Below are positions 63,795 through 64,000 of a stretch of DNA of 64,000 nt, piece by piece. Position 1 is the first letter of the stretch, and every line of letters starts with the position of its first letter. Source of the stretch: Camelus ferus. Its lineage: Eukaryota. Location of the stretch: positions 111,478,001-111,542,000 of the forward strand of contig NC_045697.1 in NCBI RefSeq assembly GCF_009834535.1, in the 5' to 3' direction. The position numbers and the translations under genes are program-made. The notes under the pieces are model-generated. The model had not been told where the DNA came from. It made no database searches and worked only from the letters and a program-made list of their open reading frames with translations.

Positions 63795-64000
63795 TATACA
63801 GTCAAATGATCTTTGATAAGGTTGCCACTTGAAGAGGAAAGAACAGTGTCTTCAAAAAATTATGCTGGGAAACTGGATACTCACGTGCAAAAAATTGAAG
63901 GTGGGCTCTGATCTCATACTTACACAAAAATTAATCCAAAAGGGATTATAGGCCTAAACCTAAGACCCTAAACTATAAAACTCTGGAAGAAAACACGAGG
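63795..64000 (+). mobile_element. L1 ORF2 fragment running off the window
   Basis: tgctgggaaaactggata..., aaactataaaactctggaagaaaac. Confidence 0.8.

Noticed and set aside
57372..64000. Glycerol-kinase retrocopy, recalled from the equivalent human KLHL2 intron
   Set aside because: No GK-like sequence in the visible part of the intron

Overview
This is mammalian genomic DNA, most likely camelid, judging from several tRNA-derived Vic-1-like SINEs. Two minus-strand genes lie head-to-tail. MSMO1/SC4MOL is complete: a non-coding exon 1 plus 5 coding exons that splice to an intact 882-nt (293-aa) CDS. The 3' ten coding exons of KLHL2 (BACK C-terminal part plus Kelch repeats) are also present; its 5' exons lie beyond base 64000. 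The rest is intron or intergenic DNA with L1, ancient CR1/L3, SINE, Tigger/hAT, MaLR/ERVL and an ERV1 solo LTR. Repeat family names are recalled from consensus sequences, not from a database search. I see no new multi-gene system. The most notable observations are a pure (CGG)33 repeat in MSMO1 exon 1, KLHL2 exons with sharply local GC/CpG enrichment, a GC-AG intron in KLHL2, and an L1 with both termini but large internal gaps.
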